NCBI RefSeq assembly: GCF_963921235.1
Contig: NC_086097.1
Location: 219,048,001 to 219,112,000, forward strand
Origin: Mobula hypostoma
Taxonomy: Eukaryota
Direction: 5' to 3'
DNA length: 64,000 bases
Shown one piece after another: positions 26,885 through 39,008 of the stretch (positions within the stretch are counted from its first letter, which is position 1; the number at the start of each line of letters is the position of its first letter). Under the pieces are notes generated by a model. The model made no database searches, was not told where the DNA came from, and saw only the letters and a list, made by a program, of their open reading frames with translations. Made by a program: the position numbers and the translations under genes.

Positions 26885-27823
26885 ATGTCTCCTGAGATGG
26901 TGATGTGCCTCTCATGTGAGATGTGGCAGTCTTGGGGGAACTCCCCTCTCCCGCAGAGTCACATCTGCCAGAAGTGCATACGGCTGGGTGACCTGGAAGA
27001 CCATGTAAGGAATCTGGAGCAGCAGCTGGATGACCTTCGACCCATGAGGGAGAATGAGGCAGTCATAGATGAGAGTTACAGGAAGGTAGTCACACCTAGG
27101 CTGTCGGAAGCAGGTCATTGGGTGACAGTCAGAGGGGGGAAAGTGAAGGTGAGCAGACAGGTAGTGCAGAGCACCCCTGTAGCCATTCCCCTGAATAATA
27201 AGTTTACCGTCCTGGATACTGTCGGCGGGAACGACCGACCAGGTGTGAGCCATGGTGATAGGGCCTCTGGCACTGAGTCTGACCCGGTGGTGCAGAAGCA
27301 TGGGGCGGAGAAGAGGAGAGCTGTTGTCATTGGAGACTCTACAGTCAGGGGAGCAGACAGGAGATTTTGTGGACGTGAGGACACTCGCATGGTTTGTTGC
27401 CTCCCGGGTGCCAGGGTCCGGGATGTCTCTGACCGGGTGCACGACATCCTGGTACGAGAGGGAAAGCAACCAGAAGTCGTGATACATGTTAGGACCAATG
27501 ACATAGGCAGAAAGAGGGATGAGGTCCTGAAGTGTGAGTTTCGGGAACTAGGCTGAAGGCTGAAGAACAGGACCTCAGGGGTGGCGTTCTCAGGATTGCT
27601 GCCAGTGCTACGTGACAGTGATGGTAAGAATTGGAGGAGATGGCAGTTGAATGCGTGGCTGAGGAGTTGGTGCAGGGAGCAGGGTTTTAGATTTTTAGAT
27701 CATTGGGATCTCTTTTGGGGAAGGTGGGACCTGTACAGATTGGATGAGTTGCACCTGAACTCGAGGGGGAGCAATATCCTTGCAAGTTGGTTCGCTGGCA
27801 TGGTTCAGGAGGGTTTAAACTAA
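26885..27823 (+). pseudogene. CR1 ORF1 (zinc finger/coiled coil plus esterase), premature stop at 27554-27556
   Basis: MSPEMVMCLSCEMW...HICQKC, VVIGDSTVRG. Continues in ORF 27581-27823 (DELHLN). Confidence 0.85.
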
Positions 27824-27906
27824 TTTGCAAGGGGGATGGGACCCAGAGCGATAGAGCAGTGAAAGAAGTGCATGGAGTAAAGCCAGATCTAACATATTGA
27901 GAGGCT

Positions 27907-30770
27907 TTGAGGAAAGAGAAGCAGAATAAATGGTGTAAAGACAGTAAGGTAGAAGGGCTGAAATGTGTGTACCTCAATGCAAAATGCATCAGGAACAAAG
28001 GTGAGGAACTGAGAGCTTGGATACATATGTGGAATTATGATGTAGTGGCTATTACAGAGACTTGGCTGGCACCAGGGCAAGAATGGATTCTCAATATTCC
28101 TGGATTTCAGTGCTTTAAAAGGGATAGAGAGGGCGGAAAAAGGGGAGGAAGGGTGGCATTACTGGTCAGGAATACTATTACAGCTACAGAAAGGGTGGGA
28201 AATGTAGCAGGATCCTCTTTTGAGTCAATATGGGTGGAAGTCAGGAACAGGAAGGGAGCAGTTACTCTATTGGGGGTATTCTATAGGCCCCCTGGTAGCA
28301 GCAGAGATACAGAGGAGCAGATTGGGAGGCAGATTTTGGAAAGGTGCAAAAATAACAGGGTTGTTATCATGGGTGACTTTAACTTCCCTAATATTGATTG
28401 GCACCTGATTAATTCCAAGGGTTTAGATGGGGCAGAGTTTGTTAAGTGTGCCCAGGACGGATTCCTGTCACAGCATGTGGACAGGCTGACCAAGGGGAAT
28501 GCCGTACCAGATCTAGTACTTGGTAATGAACCGGGTCAGGTCACAGATCTCTCAGTGGGTGAGCATCTGTGGGACAGTGACCACTGCTCCCTGGCCTTTA
28601 GCATTATCATGGAAAAGGATAGAATCAGAGAGAACAGGAAAATTTTTAATTGGGGAAGGGCAAATTATGAGGCTATAAGGCTAGAACTTGCGGGTGTGAA
28701 TTGGGATGATGTTTTTGCAGGGAAATGTACTATGGACATGTGGTCGATGTTTAGAGATCTCTTGCAGGATGTTAAGGATAAATTTGTTCCGGTGAGGAAG
28801 ATAAAGAATGGTAGGGTGAAGGAACCATGGGTGACAAGTGAGGTGGAAAATCTAGTCAGGTGGAAGAAGGAAGCATACATGAGGTTTAGGAAGCAAGGAT
28901 CAGATGGGTCTATTGAGGAATATAGGGAAGCAAGAAAGGAGCTTGAGAAGGGGCTGAGAAGAGCAAGAAGGGGGCATGAGAAGGCCTTGGCGAGTAGGGT
29001 AAAGGAAAACCCCAAGGCATTCTTCAATTATGTGAAGAAAAAAGGATGACAGGAGTGAAGGTAGGACTGATTAGAGATAAAGGTGGGAAGATGTGCCTGG
29101 AGGCTGTGGAAGTGAGCGAGGTCCTCAATGAATACTTCTCTTCGGTATTCACCAATGAGAGGGAACTTGATGATGGTGAGGACAATATGAGTGAGATTGA
29201 TGTTCTGGAGCATGTTGATATTAAGGGAGAGGAGGTGTTGGAGTTGTTAAAATACATTAGGACGGATAAGTCCCTGGGGCCTGACAGAATATTCCCCAGG
29301 CTGCTCCACGAGTCGAGGGAAGAGATTGCTGAGCCTCTGGATAGGATCTTTATGTCCTCGTTGTCCATGGGAATGGTACCGGAGGATTGGAGGGAGGCAA
29401 ATGTTGTCCCCTTGTTCAAAAAATGCAGCAGGGATAGTCCGGGTAATTATAGACCAGTGAACCTTACGTCTGTGGTGGGAATGCTGTTGAATAAGATTCT
29501 TAGAGATAGGATCTCTGGGCATTTAGAGAATCATGGTCTGATCAGGGACAGTCAGCATGGCTTTGTGAAGGGCAGATCGTGTCTAACAAGCCTGATAGAG
29601 TTCTTTGAGGAGGTGACCAGGCATATAGATGATGGTAGTGCAGTGGATGTGATCTATATGGATTTTAGTAAGGCATTTGACAAGGTTCCACACGGTAGGC
29701 TTATTCAGAAAGTCAGAAGGCATGGGATCCAGGGAAGTTTGGCCAGGTGGATTCAGAATTGGCTTGCCTGCAGAAGGCAGAGGGTGGTGGTGGAGGGATT
29801 ACATTCAGATTGGAGGATTGTGACTAGTGGTGTCCCACAAGGATCTGTTCTGGGACATCTACTTTTTGTGATTTTTATTAACGACGTGGATGTTGGGGTA
29901 GAAGGGTGGGTTGGCAAGTTTGCAGACAACACAAAGGTTGGTGGTGTGGTGGTGTTATAGATAGTGTAGAGGATTGTCAAAGGTTGCAGAGAGACATTGA
30001 TAGGATGCAGAAGTGGGCTGAGAAGTGGCAGATGGAGTTCAACCCGGAGAAGTGTGAGGTGGTACACTTTGGAAGGAAAAACTCCAAGGCAGAGTACAAG
30101 GTAAATGGCAGGATACTTGGTAGTGTGGAGTAGCAGAGGGATTTGGGGGTACATGTCCACAGATCCCTGAAAGTTGCCTCACATGTGGATAGGGTAGTTA
30201 AGAAAGCTTATGGGGTGTTAGCTTTCATAAGTCGAGGGATAGAGTTTAAGAGTCGCGATGTAATGATGCAGCTCTATAAAACTCTGGTTAGGCCACACTT
30301 GGAGTACCGTGTCCAGTTCTGGTCGCCTCACTATAGGAAGGATGTGGAAGCATTGGAAAGGGTACAGAGGATATTTACCAGGGTGCTGCCTGGTTTAGCG
30401 AGTATGCATTATGATCAGAGATTAAGGGAGCTAGGGCTTTACTCTTTGGAGAGAAGGAGGATGAGAGGAGATATGATAGAGGTGTACAAGATAATAAGAG
30501 GATTAGATAGAATGGATAGCCAACGCCTCTTCCCCAGGGCACCACTGCTCAATACAAGAGGACATGGCTTTAAGGTAAGGGGTGGGAAATTCAAGGGGGA
30601 TATTCGAGGAAGGTTTTTTACTCAGAGTGGTTGGTGTGTGGAATGCACTGCCTGAGTCAGTGGTGGAGGCAGATACACTAGTGAAGTTTAAGAGACTACT
30701 AGACAGGTATATGGAGGAATTTAAGGTGGGGGCTTATAGGGAGGCAGGGTTTGAGGGTTGGCACAACATT
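27907..30770 (+). pseudogene. CR1 ORF2 (APE endonuclease plus RT), disrupted
   Basis: ORFs 27907-29049, 29046-29960, 29906-30133, 30143-30655 and 30582-30779 are consecutive pieces of one ORF2. Confidence 0.9.
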
Positions 30771-32726
30771 GTGGGCTGAAGGGCCTGTACTGTGCTGTAC
30801 TATTGTCTGTTCTATGTTCTTTCTACCTCTTTTTTCATCTTTCTTAGGCAGTCTCTTAGGTCTGAGGATGACTTAGAGTCATAGAGAAGTACAGCACAGA
30901 AACAATTCCTTGGGCGTAGAATGTTATAACTACTGCCATGGTCTTTTATTTTAATTATAAATGCAAAAGTAAAACATGTTGTGCTGTGAGCTACATTATC
31001 AGAAGCTCAAGGACTGAGCTGTTCCTCATTCTGAAGAAGATTTAAAAAAAATCAATTTTCCAAACAATGCATTTTCCTGGAATTCAGCAGAAGACTCTTC
31101 TTCTTTCTATCTCTTTTTCCTCTTTCTTTGGCAGTCTCCTAAGTCATAGAGTCATAAAGTACAGCATAGAAACAGGCCCTGCAGCCCATCTAGTCGATGC
31201 CAAAACCAATTAAACTGACTACTCCCATCAACCTGCACCAGGACAATAGCCCTCCATATCCCTACCGTTTGCTTCTACTCCAGTTCTGCAGGATCTGCAG
31301 TGACTATTGAAGAGAATGTGAGCCTTGCAGAATGGCTATCTGGTAGAGTAAGCATTGCTTAGACTGCAATTTGGGAAATCTGATCACTGCTAAATACTCC
31401 TTATTTTGTTCAGTCATGGGCTAGAAAATCCCACTCAGTGGGGGCATTACAAGGAAGCTTTGAAAATATCATTAGGTCATTTCCTCTTTTAAGAGAATAG
31501 AATATTTCAGAAGTGTGGGTTTAGGTCTGTGTGATGCAGCCTACTCTCGGGAACTGACTGAGTCACAGTATAGGGGATGTTAACCTGGTAGAGGAGGTTG
31601 GCCATGGAGTTACTTTTTTGACAGTGGAGATGGAGAGGGTTAGAGACAACATTGATAGTACTCTCAGGTCATTCAAAGTGATTGCTATTGATAATCTCGT
31701 TCATTACATGGTTAAAGAATGGTAGGGATTACTACTGCCCAATGGGTCATATTGTTTTGTGCCAGGTTTGTGGCATTTGTAGTGTTTGTTAATTTCAATG
31801 CTGATGTCTGCTGTTGCTAAGTAATATGTTAGAAGAACTGAGGTGTCTTCCATGTTTTTCAGGGTCCCACTCTGGCCTCAGTTGCTGGGACTTTGGTTTT
31901 GACTTTTGTATTCTGGAGTTAGTGATTTACCCCATAGCAAAGAGCAAGGGGGCCCCCTTTAATTACCACATTTGAAGTTATTTCCTTTCTTCAGGATGGT
32001 CATGATTATGAGACCCTGAAGTTATTTGGCACACCACCTGTATCCTAGATATTGGAGATGAGTTTGTAAATTTATGGCCGATTTGCAACTCCACCAAAGA
32101 TTAGAACTTGAGGTATACCATTGGCCCGGAGGCCTTGCTATTTTCAATTTGGCATAAACTTTTTAGTAAGAGGTTGCAAGAATGCCAGATAATATTTGTG
32201 CAACATGAACTTTTACAGGATGAGTCAACTTTGTATGATTCTACTTGTCAAGAGGATATGAACATAAAAGATTGTTTATGAAATAGAGCAAACGTTATAT
32301 ATCAGGTAATGTGAGAGAGAAATCTCCAGTGAGAGGTTTGCAATATAAACCCAGGTCTGAAATTCCGACTCCAACCATAATGAAGCTAAGCCATATGATG
32401 CTGCATATAAGATTTAGCAGATATATTCAATGAGGGTTTCACAATAAAACATGATTTCTTTTCCAACACTGAGGAACTTACTAAAAATGTTTTCTATTAC
32501 TGAAGAACCTTGAGTACATTTTAAGTTTGAGACATATTTATGCATGTAATATTTTATAACCCATGCTTTAAATGAATAAAATGGTGTTTAGTCATTTCTT
32601 TTATGATTAATTTTTCTTACTCCCAGCTCCTATGCTTCATATAATATAATAATTGTCATAGCTAATTTTCCTGAACATGATACACCAGATATGATTATCA
32701 TTTATAATTCTGCAGCTGGGGCTTAC

Positions 32727-32952
32727 TGAAAATGGTTATTGTTCAAGAAGAACAGTTTCCTTGGCCTTACTGAAAACTGTTTACGTTCCACGAAGTTGGC
32801 AAACTCCATATTAAATGGGTTGACGCCAACCCATATTGCAAACCCAGAAAATATCTCTGTTTCCATGAGGATTGTCCAAATAAAATTTGTCTTATTCATC
32901 TGGCCTCTGAGTCTTGGACAAGGCAAATCTAAATAATCCTCAAAACTGATGT
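32727..32952 (-). CDS. Host gene internal exon, 226 nt (DISFEDYLDLPCPRL...NNNHFQ)
   Basis: Acceptor aatgttctttcAG, donor GTAAGC. Only one frame is open. Unique non-repeat sequence. Phase 1 to 2. Confidence 0.78.
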
Positions 32953-34185
32953 CTGAAAGAACATTGTTGAAGTAACAGGAATTAATCATTGGAGTATATA
33001 CCAAGTGAAGAAAAATTCCTTCACTGAGCACCGTGAGTCATTTTGTGTTCTTTCCTGTTTATCTAACAAGGTGAAGGAATGACTGTAACTGTGGAGATTC
33101 AATTATGTCAACTAGTTGGTTGAAATAGGGTTTGCCAGTGATGAATTTGGACAGCTGAAATGGAAAGATCTTTGTTCTAGGATCATGCCAAAGTATTAAT
33201 AAGAAGCATATGGAAGAAGTGTCTTACAGTTCTACACCTGCTTGGCTTTGTTATGATATGATGCCTATCACTTTTTGGGAAGTGTATGCAGCAAAAGATT
33301 TTGAGATTCTACCAAAAATAATATTTATCAACAAAAGAAACTGGTGTGTGTCCTCAATACATAAATGCTTCACAGCAGAATATGATGTTTTGCTTGCTCC
33401 TCTGGGGCAACCTGAAGTGGTTTCAAATACAATTTTAGAAAAATAATGTATTTAGACTCCATTTCTGCTTCATTAGTTCTCATTGGATACTGCAGTATTA
33501 AACTACTCCAGACTATAGATTGCATTAACTCTTCACAGCATCTGCAAAGCAAGAAAATAATTTGGCTATTGTTGTCTCATTCTGCTAGAAATTTTATTCC
33601 CATGATACATGTGAGCTGTGCCACTACAACCTTCAAGAGGTTAGATTTTATTTTTAAAGCAAACCTACAATCATTTGAGTATTTTAAGACACAACTTTAT
33701 CTTAGAGAACTTAGCATTAAGTGTACAAGCCTAGAACTGGAAAAGCTTTGTAAAACATAAAGCTTTTCATTAAATTCCAAAAGACAGAGAATGTTTACCA
33801 CGTCATAGTGCGATGGACCATTAAGTGCTACAGAAGTATTTAGCATTATCTTCCTTCCAGGACCTAAAATGCAGATTTCCATTGTTGTAGATTAATGTAC
33901 AAAGCAATAGAGATGACAAAATTAAGCAAAGATTAAATTTTGGAATACAGTCACACAAATTCATGCAATAAACTTTGCCAGACTTGATGATGTCAGCACT
34001 AATGGAAACAAGTTAATTTAAAAATTAGTGAACAGAATAATGAATTAAAATGTTTGTAATAATCTATCTGTGTTGAAACCAATATTCCAAAGCCTTCATC
34101 TGTTCAATGGGTTGAATTGCTTCAGTTGCCATTATTTATAATTTTTTAAATTTTATCTCTGCAACTTGATGCTTCAGAAGTTTAC

Positions 34186-34222
34186 CTGAGTGTTTTCTAT
34201 AAATGAATGCCCAGTGAATAGA
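34186..34222 (-). CDS. Host gene internal exon, 37 nt (SIHWAFIYRKHS)
   Basis: Acceptor cttttctgtttgttgcacAG, donor CAG/GTAAAC. Provides the required phase 0 to 1 bridge. Confidence 0.6.
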
Positions 34223-34618
34223 CTGTGCAACAAACAGAAAAGCTGACCCTAGAACACACTTTCCCCATAACTAATCTGTTTTTGCTGGTACTGGTTGAGG
34301 ATGTTTGCTCATCATCAAATATGACCGAACTTCCAGTTCAGCAACTCCTGCTAAGTGAAAGCAACTCCCAAAAACTACATGACTATTAAAATTTATAGTC
34401 ATTTTATTCAGAAATTTAGATTTAACTGCTTAAGCAAGTGGAATGAATGGGAGGAAATATAAGGCAGCTGAATAAAATCTGTAGTACCTCGAGACAGACA
34501 AGATGGCGGATGCTGGAATCACCAATTAGCTGTTATCTTTATCCATTCCCCCTCCTGACTCTATTTAGCTAAATTACTTGCTTTTCTTTCCTTTTGCTTC
34601 CTACCTATCACTTCCCAG

Positions 34619-35882
34619 TGTCAGGAATTGTAGAGGCGGCTTGACCCAAAAGCAGAGCAGTGGAGTGGTTTAGCAGCAAACAATAATTTTAATAATAGAT
34701 CACACAATAACAAGCCGCAAGAGGCCACAAGCTAGAGAGAACGTAAACTAATCACAACAGGCCGCAAGTAAATATAGGCAGGGAGAGTGGAAGTCAGGAG
34801 CATCTTGTTGAGGCCAGTTGGTTCAATGAGTGAACAAGGGCAGGTCAACATGGTGCCAATGAACAACGATTCTTCGGGGAACATCTTCCAGATAATCAAT
34901 CATTTCAGTTTTTCTACATTTTCAACTTATTCTTTTTATCTTAATTTTGTTTTTGAAACTGTTGGAACCTGTGACTTAACAGTCTGTGGTTTGATTGAGT
35001 GAGCTAGCACCCTGCTGTCCCTGAGAAGATTCCAGGAGAGAAATGAGCTGCCATGAGGAGAAGCTTAGAGACGAAATGAGGGGCCACGATTAAAGCATTG
35101 AGGAAGATTGAAATATCGAGGCAAATGCGGAGGAGAGTGAACGGTTCTCAGAGAGGCCACCGGGTTCAAGTCATTGTCCTCAGAGGAGCCGCAGATTTGA
35201 GTCACCATCCCTGGAGGAGCCGTCAGCTCGTGTCACCACCTCAGAGGGGCCACTGGTTCAAATTGCTGCCCTCGCAGGAGCTGCTGGCTCGTGTCACCAC
35301 CCTCGGAGGGGCCGCTAGTTTGAATCGCTGATCTCGTAAGGGCAACTGGTTCATGTTGCTGCCCTTGGAAGGGCCGCTGGGTCAAGTCGCTTCTCTCGGG
35401 GAAGTCAATGGCTTGTGTCGCTGGACTGTTGTTCAAGCTAACTGTTGTTCATATTGGCCACTTACAGTTCTATCTTTTTTTATGGTGTTCTCGCTCATCC
35501 TTTCTTGTTGCTGATTGGCAGGCTGGGGTTTTGGGATCTGATGTCCTTGCTGCTGTTTCTCTATCTGGGTGATCTCTTAGTTTTTGTGTGAGGGAGGGTT
35601 TGGCGGAGGGGGTGGGGTTTGCAAGTTTTTGTTTCTTTTTCCTTTCATGGGGGGGATTGATGTCTTTCTTTCAACTATTTCTATGGTTTTCCGCACTTTA
35701 TGGCTATCTGCAGGAGACAAATCTCAGAGTTGTATTCTATATACTGTACGTACTTTGATAATAAAATGAACCTTTGGTATTAAAAAGGCAGAAGTTGATG
35801 ATTCTGGAAACAAGAGGCAGGTGAATGCTGTTAGCGGGGTAGAGACTGGGAGGTGCCTGAATATCTAGACTGGAAGGTGTCA
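34619..35882 (-). mobile_element. Solo LTR related to the 43406-43745 LTR, interrupted by an insert (~34850-35777)
   Basis: 34619-34840 and 35780-35880 align by eye with 43406-43745 (shared AAAGCAGAGCAG, CAAGAGGCCACAAG, GACTGGGAGGTGCCTG). Confidence 0.6.
35146..35410 (+). repeat. Degenerate ~30-bp minisatellite, about 9 units
   Basis: Units resemble CCTCGGAGGRGCCGCTGGYTCRWGTCRCYR. Confidence 0.7.
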
Positions 35883-36959
35883 GTGGGAGAAGGCCTAATA
35901 AGAAGCCTCTGTCTCACCTGGCTCCATCTGCCTGTCGACCATCTCTAGAGGAGCTCTTTGGCCAATGGGAGGAGGAGGTTGTTGAGGACCTTTGTAATAA
36001 CTTTTCCTGAAGGTAGACCATTATAAAGAATACACTGGGTGTTCCTATCATAATTTTCATACAACTGCCAATCATCTAAATTATTTACTACAATTATTTC
36101 CAATCTACATCAAAACACTTTAAGTAATATTTAGTTAGTACTCTGCTCTTTTATCCTTTGCCTGATGCATTTACTTTCTATAGATGTATCTTCTGTGGTC
36201 TACCTATAAAGAGGGTTATGTGTGTTTCCTTCTGATCTTTTTTTCCCCGTTCCATGAATAATTAAATTATATTTTATGAAAAGAATGCTACCTCAATGAA
36301 TAGGAAACACAAGAAATCTTTATCCTTCCAACACACACAAAATCTTTATCCTTGTAGTATTTTATTTTAGTTACATCCTATCAAAGGAGAAGGCTCAGAG
36401 CTTGTACAGAAATAGAAAATATACTTGTTCCATTTTTTAAAAAGTCAGTGTAAAGTTACGCTCTGGACAAGGCTATTGCTCACTGTGACAGTTGTATTGC
36501 CTCTGTGCTGGGATGGAAAATGATTCACTCACTGTGTATAATCACCATGGCAGTGGCCTTGTTTGCAGAACAAAGAACTCTAACAGGAGTTACACAGCGT
36601 TCACTTTTGGATACCTTTATGCAGAAATTATTCTGAGTAATGCCAAAGTTATCTTACACAGATGCACTCTGTTTAAATGACTTGGTATTAGAGTCCATGG
36701 TATATAGGAAAGATACGAGCATGGTTAGAAGTTTGGCTGACTGGCAGGAGGCAAAGAGTGGGAAAAAAAGAGGCTGTTTCTGATTTGCTGCCAGTGACTA
36801 GTTGTGTTCCTCAGGGGCCATTGTTGGGACAGCTTCTTTTCACATTATATCTCAATAAATTGGTTGACAGAATTGATTGCTTTATGGGTAATTTTATAGA
36901 TGATACAAAGATAGGGAGTAGTGTTAAGGAAGCAGGGAGTCTGCAGAAGGTCTTAGACA

Positions 36960-37965
36960 CAGACATCCCACCCTGCCAAAACTCATTTCAGGGAGGTAGC
37001 ACCATCAATTTGCGGGAGACTCCCAGGAGAGGTGGGATGTCTGCAACAGAGTAGCTCCTCAGCAGCTGGTCAGCTAGTTTAAATAACGTTAGCTATGCTA
37101 ATGAACGAATGACACCTGTTAAATTCACCTCAACATGCCTTTTACAGTCTTAACCCTCCATGGGCCATAGAAAAGTCACTGTTGTAAACAGTGCAGTGAG
37201 CAACACTGTCATTATTTTTAACCCCTGTTAAGCAGGGGTACACTTCAGTGTAGTCTGGGGTGATGTACGTTTTATATTTTCTTTTTTTTAGAGCACTCTG
37301 CCATGGTGCATGCTTGCGCGCTCTCTCTCTCTCTCTCTCTCTCTCGTGGTCGCTCGTGCACTCTCTCGCGCTCTCTCTGTCTCTCGCTCGCGTGCTCTGG
37401 CTTGCTTTCTCTCTCGCTCTCTCGCTTGCTTGCTCTCAAGCTCTTTCTCGCTTGCTTTCTCTCTCGCGCTCTCTCTCGCTCTCTGGCTTGCTTGCTCTCG
37501 CTTGCTTTCTCTCTCGCGCTCTCTCGCTTGCTCTCGCTTGCTTTCTCTCTCGCGCTCTCTCACTCTCTCTCGCTTGCTTTCTGTCTCGCGCTCTCTCACT
37601 CTCTCTCACGCTCTCTCTCGCTCTCTGGCTTGCTTGCTCTCACTTGCTTTCTCTCTCGCGCTCTCTCTCGCTCTCTGGCTTGCTCTCGCTCACTGGCTTG
37701 CTTGCTCTCGCTATCGCGCTCTCTCGCTCTCTCACTTGCTCTCGCTCACTGGCTTGCTTGCTCTCGCTTGCTTTCTCTTTCGCGCTCTCGCTTACTTGCT
37801 CTTGCGCTCTCTTGCTCGCGTGCTCCCTCGCTCTATCACTTGCTTTCGCTCGCTCGTTCTCAAAAGAATTGATTTCCGTGATATTGTATATAATTTGCAG
37901 GCATCAGGGAGCCACTATTCAAATGTGGGAGGCTCCCGGAACTTCCGGGAGAGGTGGGATGTCTG
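36960..37965. mobile_element. Non-autonomous DNA transposon, 13-bp TIR, 6-bp TSD
   Basis: TIRs CAGACATCCCACC / GGTGGGATGTCTG. TAGACA at 36954-36959 and 37966-37971. Confidence 0.85.
37310..37860. repeat. Compound (CT)n/CTCG/CTTG microsatellite
   Basis: About 550 bp, very A-poor on the plus strand. Confidence 0.95.
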
Positions 37966-39008
37966 TAGACAGGCTGGGAGAATTGGCAGATGAAGTATAG
38001 TGTAAGGAAGCATATGGTCATGCACTTTGGTAGAAGGAATAAGGCATAGACTATTTTCTAAACAGAGAACAAATTCAGAAATTAGAGGTGCAAAGGAACT
38101 TGGAAGTCCTTGTGCAGGATTCGCTAAAGATTAACTTGCAGCTGGTAAGAGAAGAAATGTTAGTATTCATTTGGAGGAATGCAATATAAAAGAAAGGATG
38201 TCATGCTGAGGTTTTATAAGGAATTGGTCAGACAGCACCCGAGAGTGTTGTGAGCAGTTTTGGGCACCTTATATATGAAAGGGTGCGATGGCATTGGAGA
38301 GGGGCCTGAGGGGGTTCACAAGAATGATCCCAGGAATGAAAGGGTTAACGCCTGAGGTTCTGGATCAATAAGGGTGTCAAAGGTTACAGGGAGAAGGCAG
38401 GAGAATGGGGTTGACAGGGATAATAAACCAGCCGATATGGAATTATGGCCTAATTCTGACCCTGTGCCTTATGGTCATATGGACTTGAAAAATAAGATTA
38501 CGTCACTGTCTTTTAAATTGAGTTTACTGGGAAACACGGACTGTTGCAGATGTGATGATAAGTATAGTAACATCAAGCAGTGGATAGTATTTCAGTGCAT
38601 CATTCCAGAAGCTGTTTACAGCAGTGTCTAACTAGCATATCTCTCTGTATCAGGGAGAGGTGAAGTGATTGATTACTTTCATGGAGTTTTCATTCAGGTT
38701 CAGTGCTCTGTAGAAATAAAATTCCATCTCTCAACATTTTTTGTTCTGCCTTAGCATGTTTTTGGTACTTTCACTGCATAAAGACTATGTACATTTTTTT
38801 GAAAGAATGTGTTTTAACATTTCATGATACTATATGTTGCAATATGACAGTGAACTATTACTTTGTACACTTTTTAATCTTGTGGATATGGGCATCGTGA
38901 GTAATGCAAAGATTTGCTGCCTGGATCCAGTTCTTGTCAAGTCAGTTGTGAGTTATCTTCTTGACCAAAGAGTTCCTAAATATTTTACACAGTGACAATG
39001 AGGAGCAC

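Larger units (their letters stand above)
26599..30820 (+). mobile_element. Full-length CR1 LINE with few disabling mutations
   Basis: ORF1 has a Cys-rich N-terminus and SGNH/esterase VIGDS. ORF2 has endonuclease (ITETW, MGDFN, SDH) and RT. TTCTATG-like tail. Confidence 0.93.
36685..38480 (+). mobile_element. CR1 LINE 3' fragment split by a TIR element
   Basis: VPQGPLLG, FIDDTKIG. The motif LQKVLD/RLGE is restored when 36960-37965 and one TSD copy are removed. Confidence 0.8.

Noticed and set aside
26912..27504. Antisense ORFs over CR1 (and similar ones over Penelope)
   Set aside because: Shadow frames of transposon coding sequence.
31480..32220. Possible old LINE on the minus strand (KASGP-like motif)
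   Set aside because: A single weak motif is not enough to call it.
33229..33309. Possible 81-nt minus-strand exon with GTAAGA donor
   Set aside because: Only phase 0 to 0 is open, which is incompatible with its position between phase-1 junctions.
33799..33863. Possible extra minus-strand exon (GPGRKIMLNTSVALNGPSHYDV)
   Set aside because: Phase 1 to 0 would break the frame unless another unidentified exon exists.
35146..35410. Regularly spaced repeats resembling a CRISPR array
   Set aside because: Contiguous degenerate units with no unique spacers and no cas genes, in a eukaryotic context.
37260..38000. Four long overlapping ORFs rich in L/S/A/R/E
   Set aside because: Artefacts of the A-poor CT microsatellite, which cannot form stop codons.
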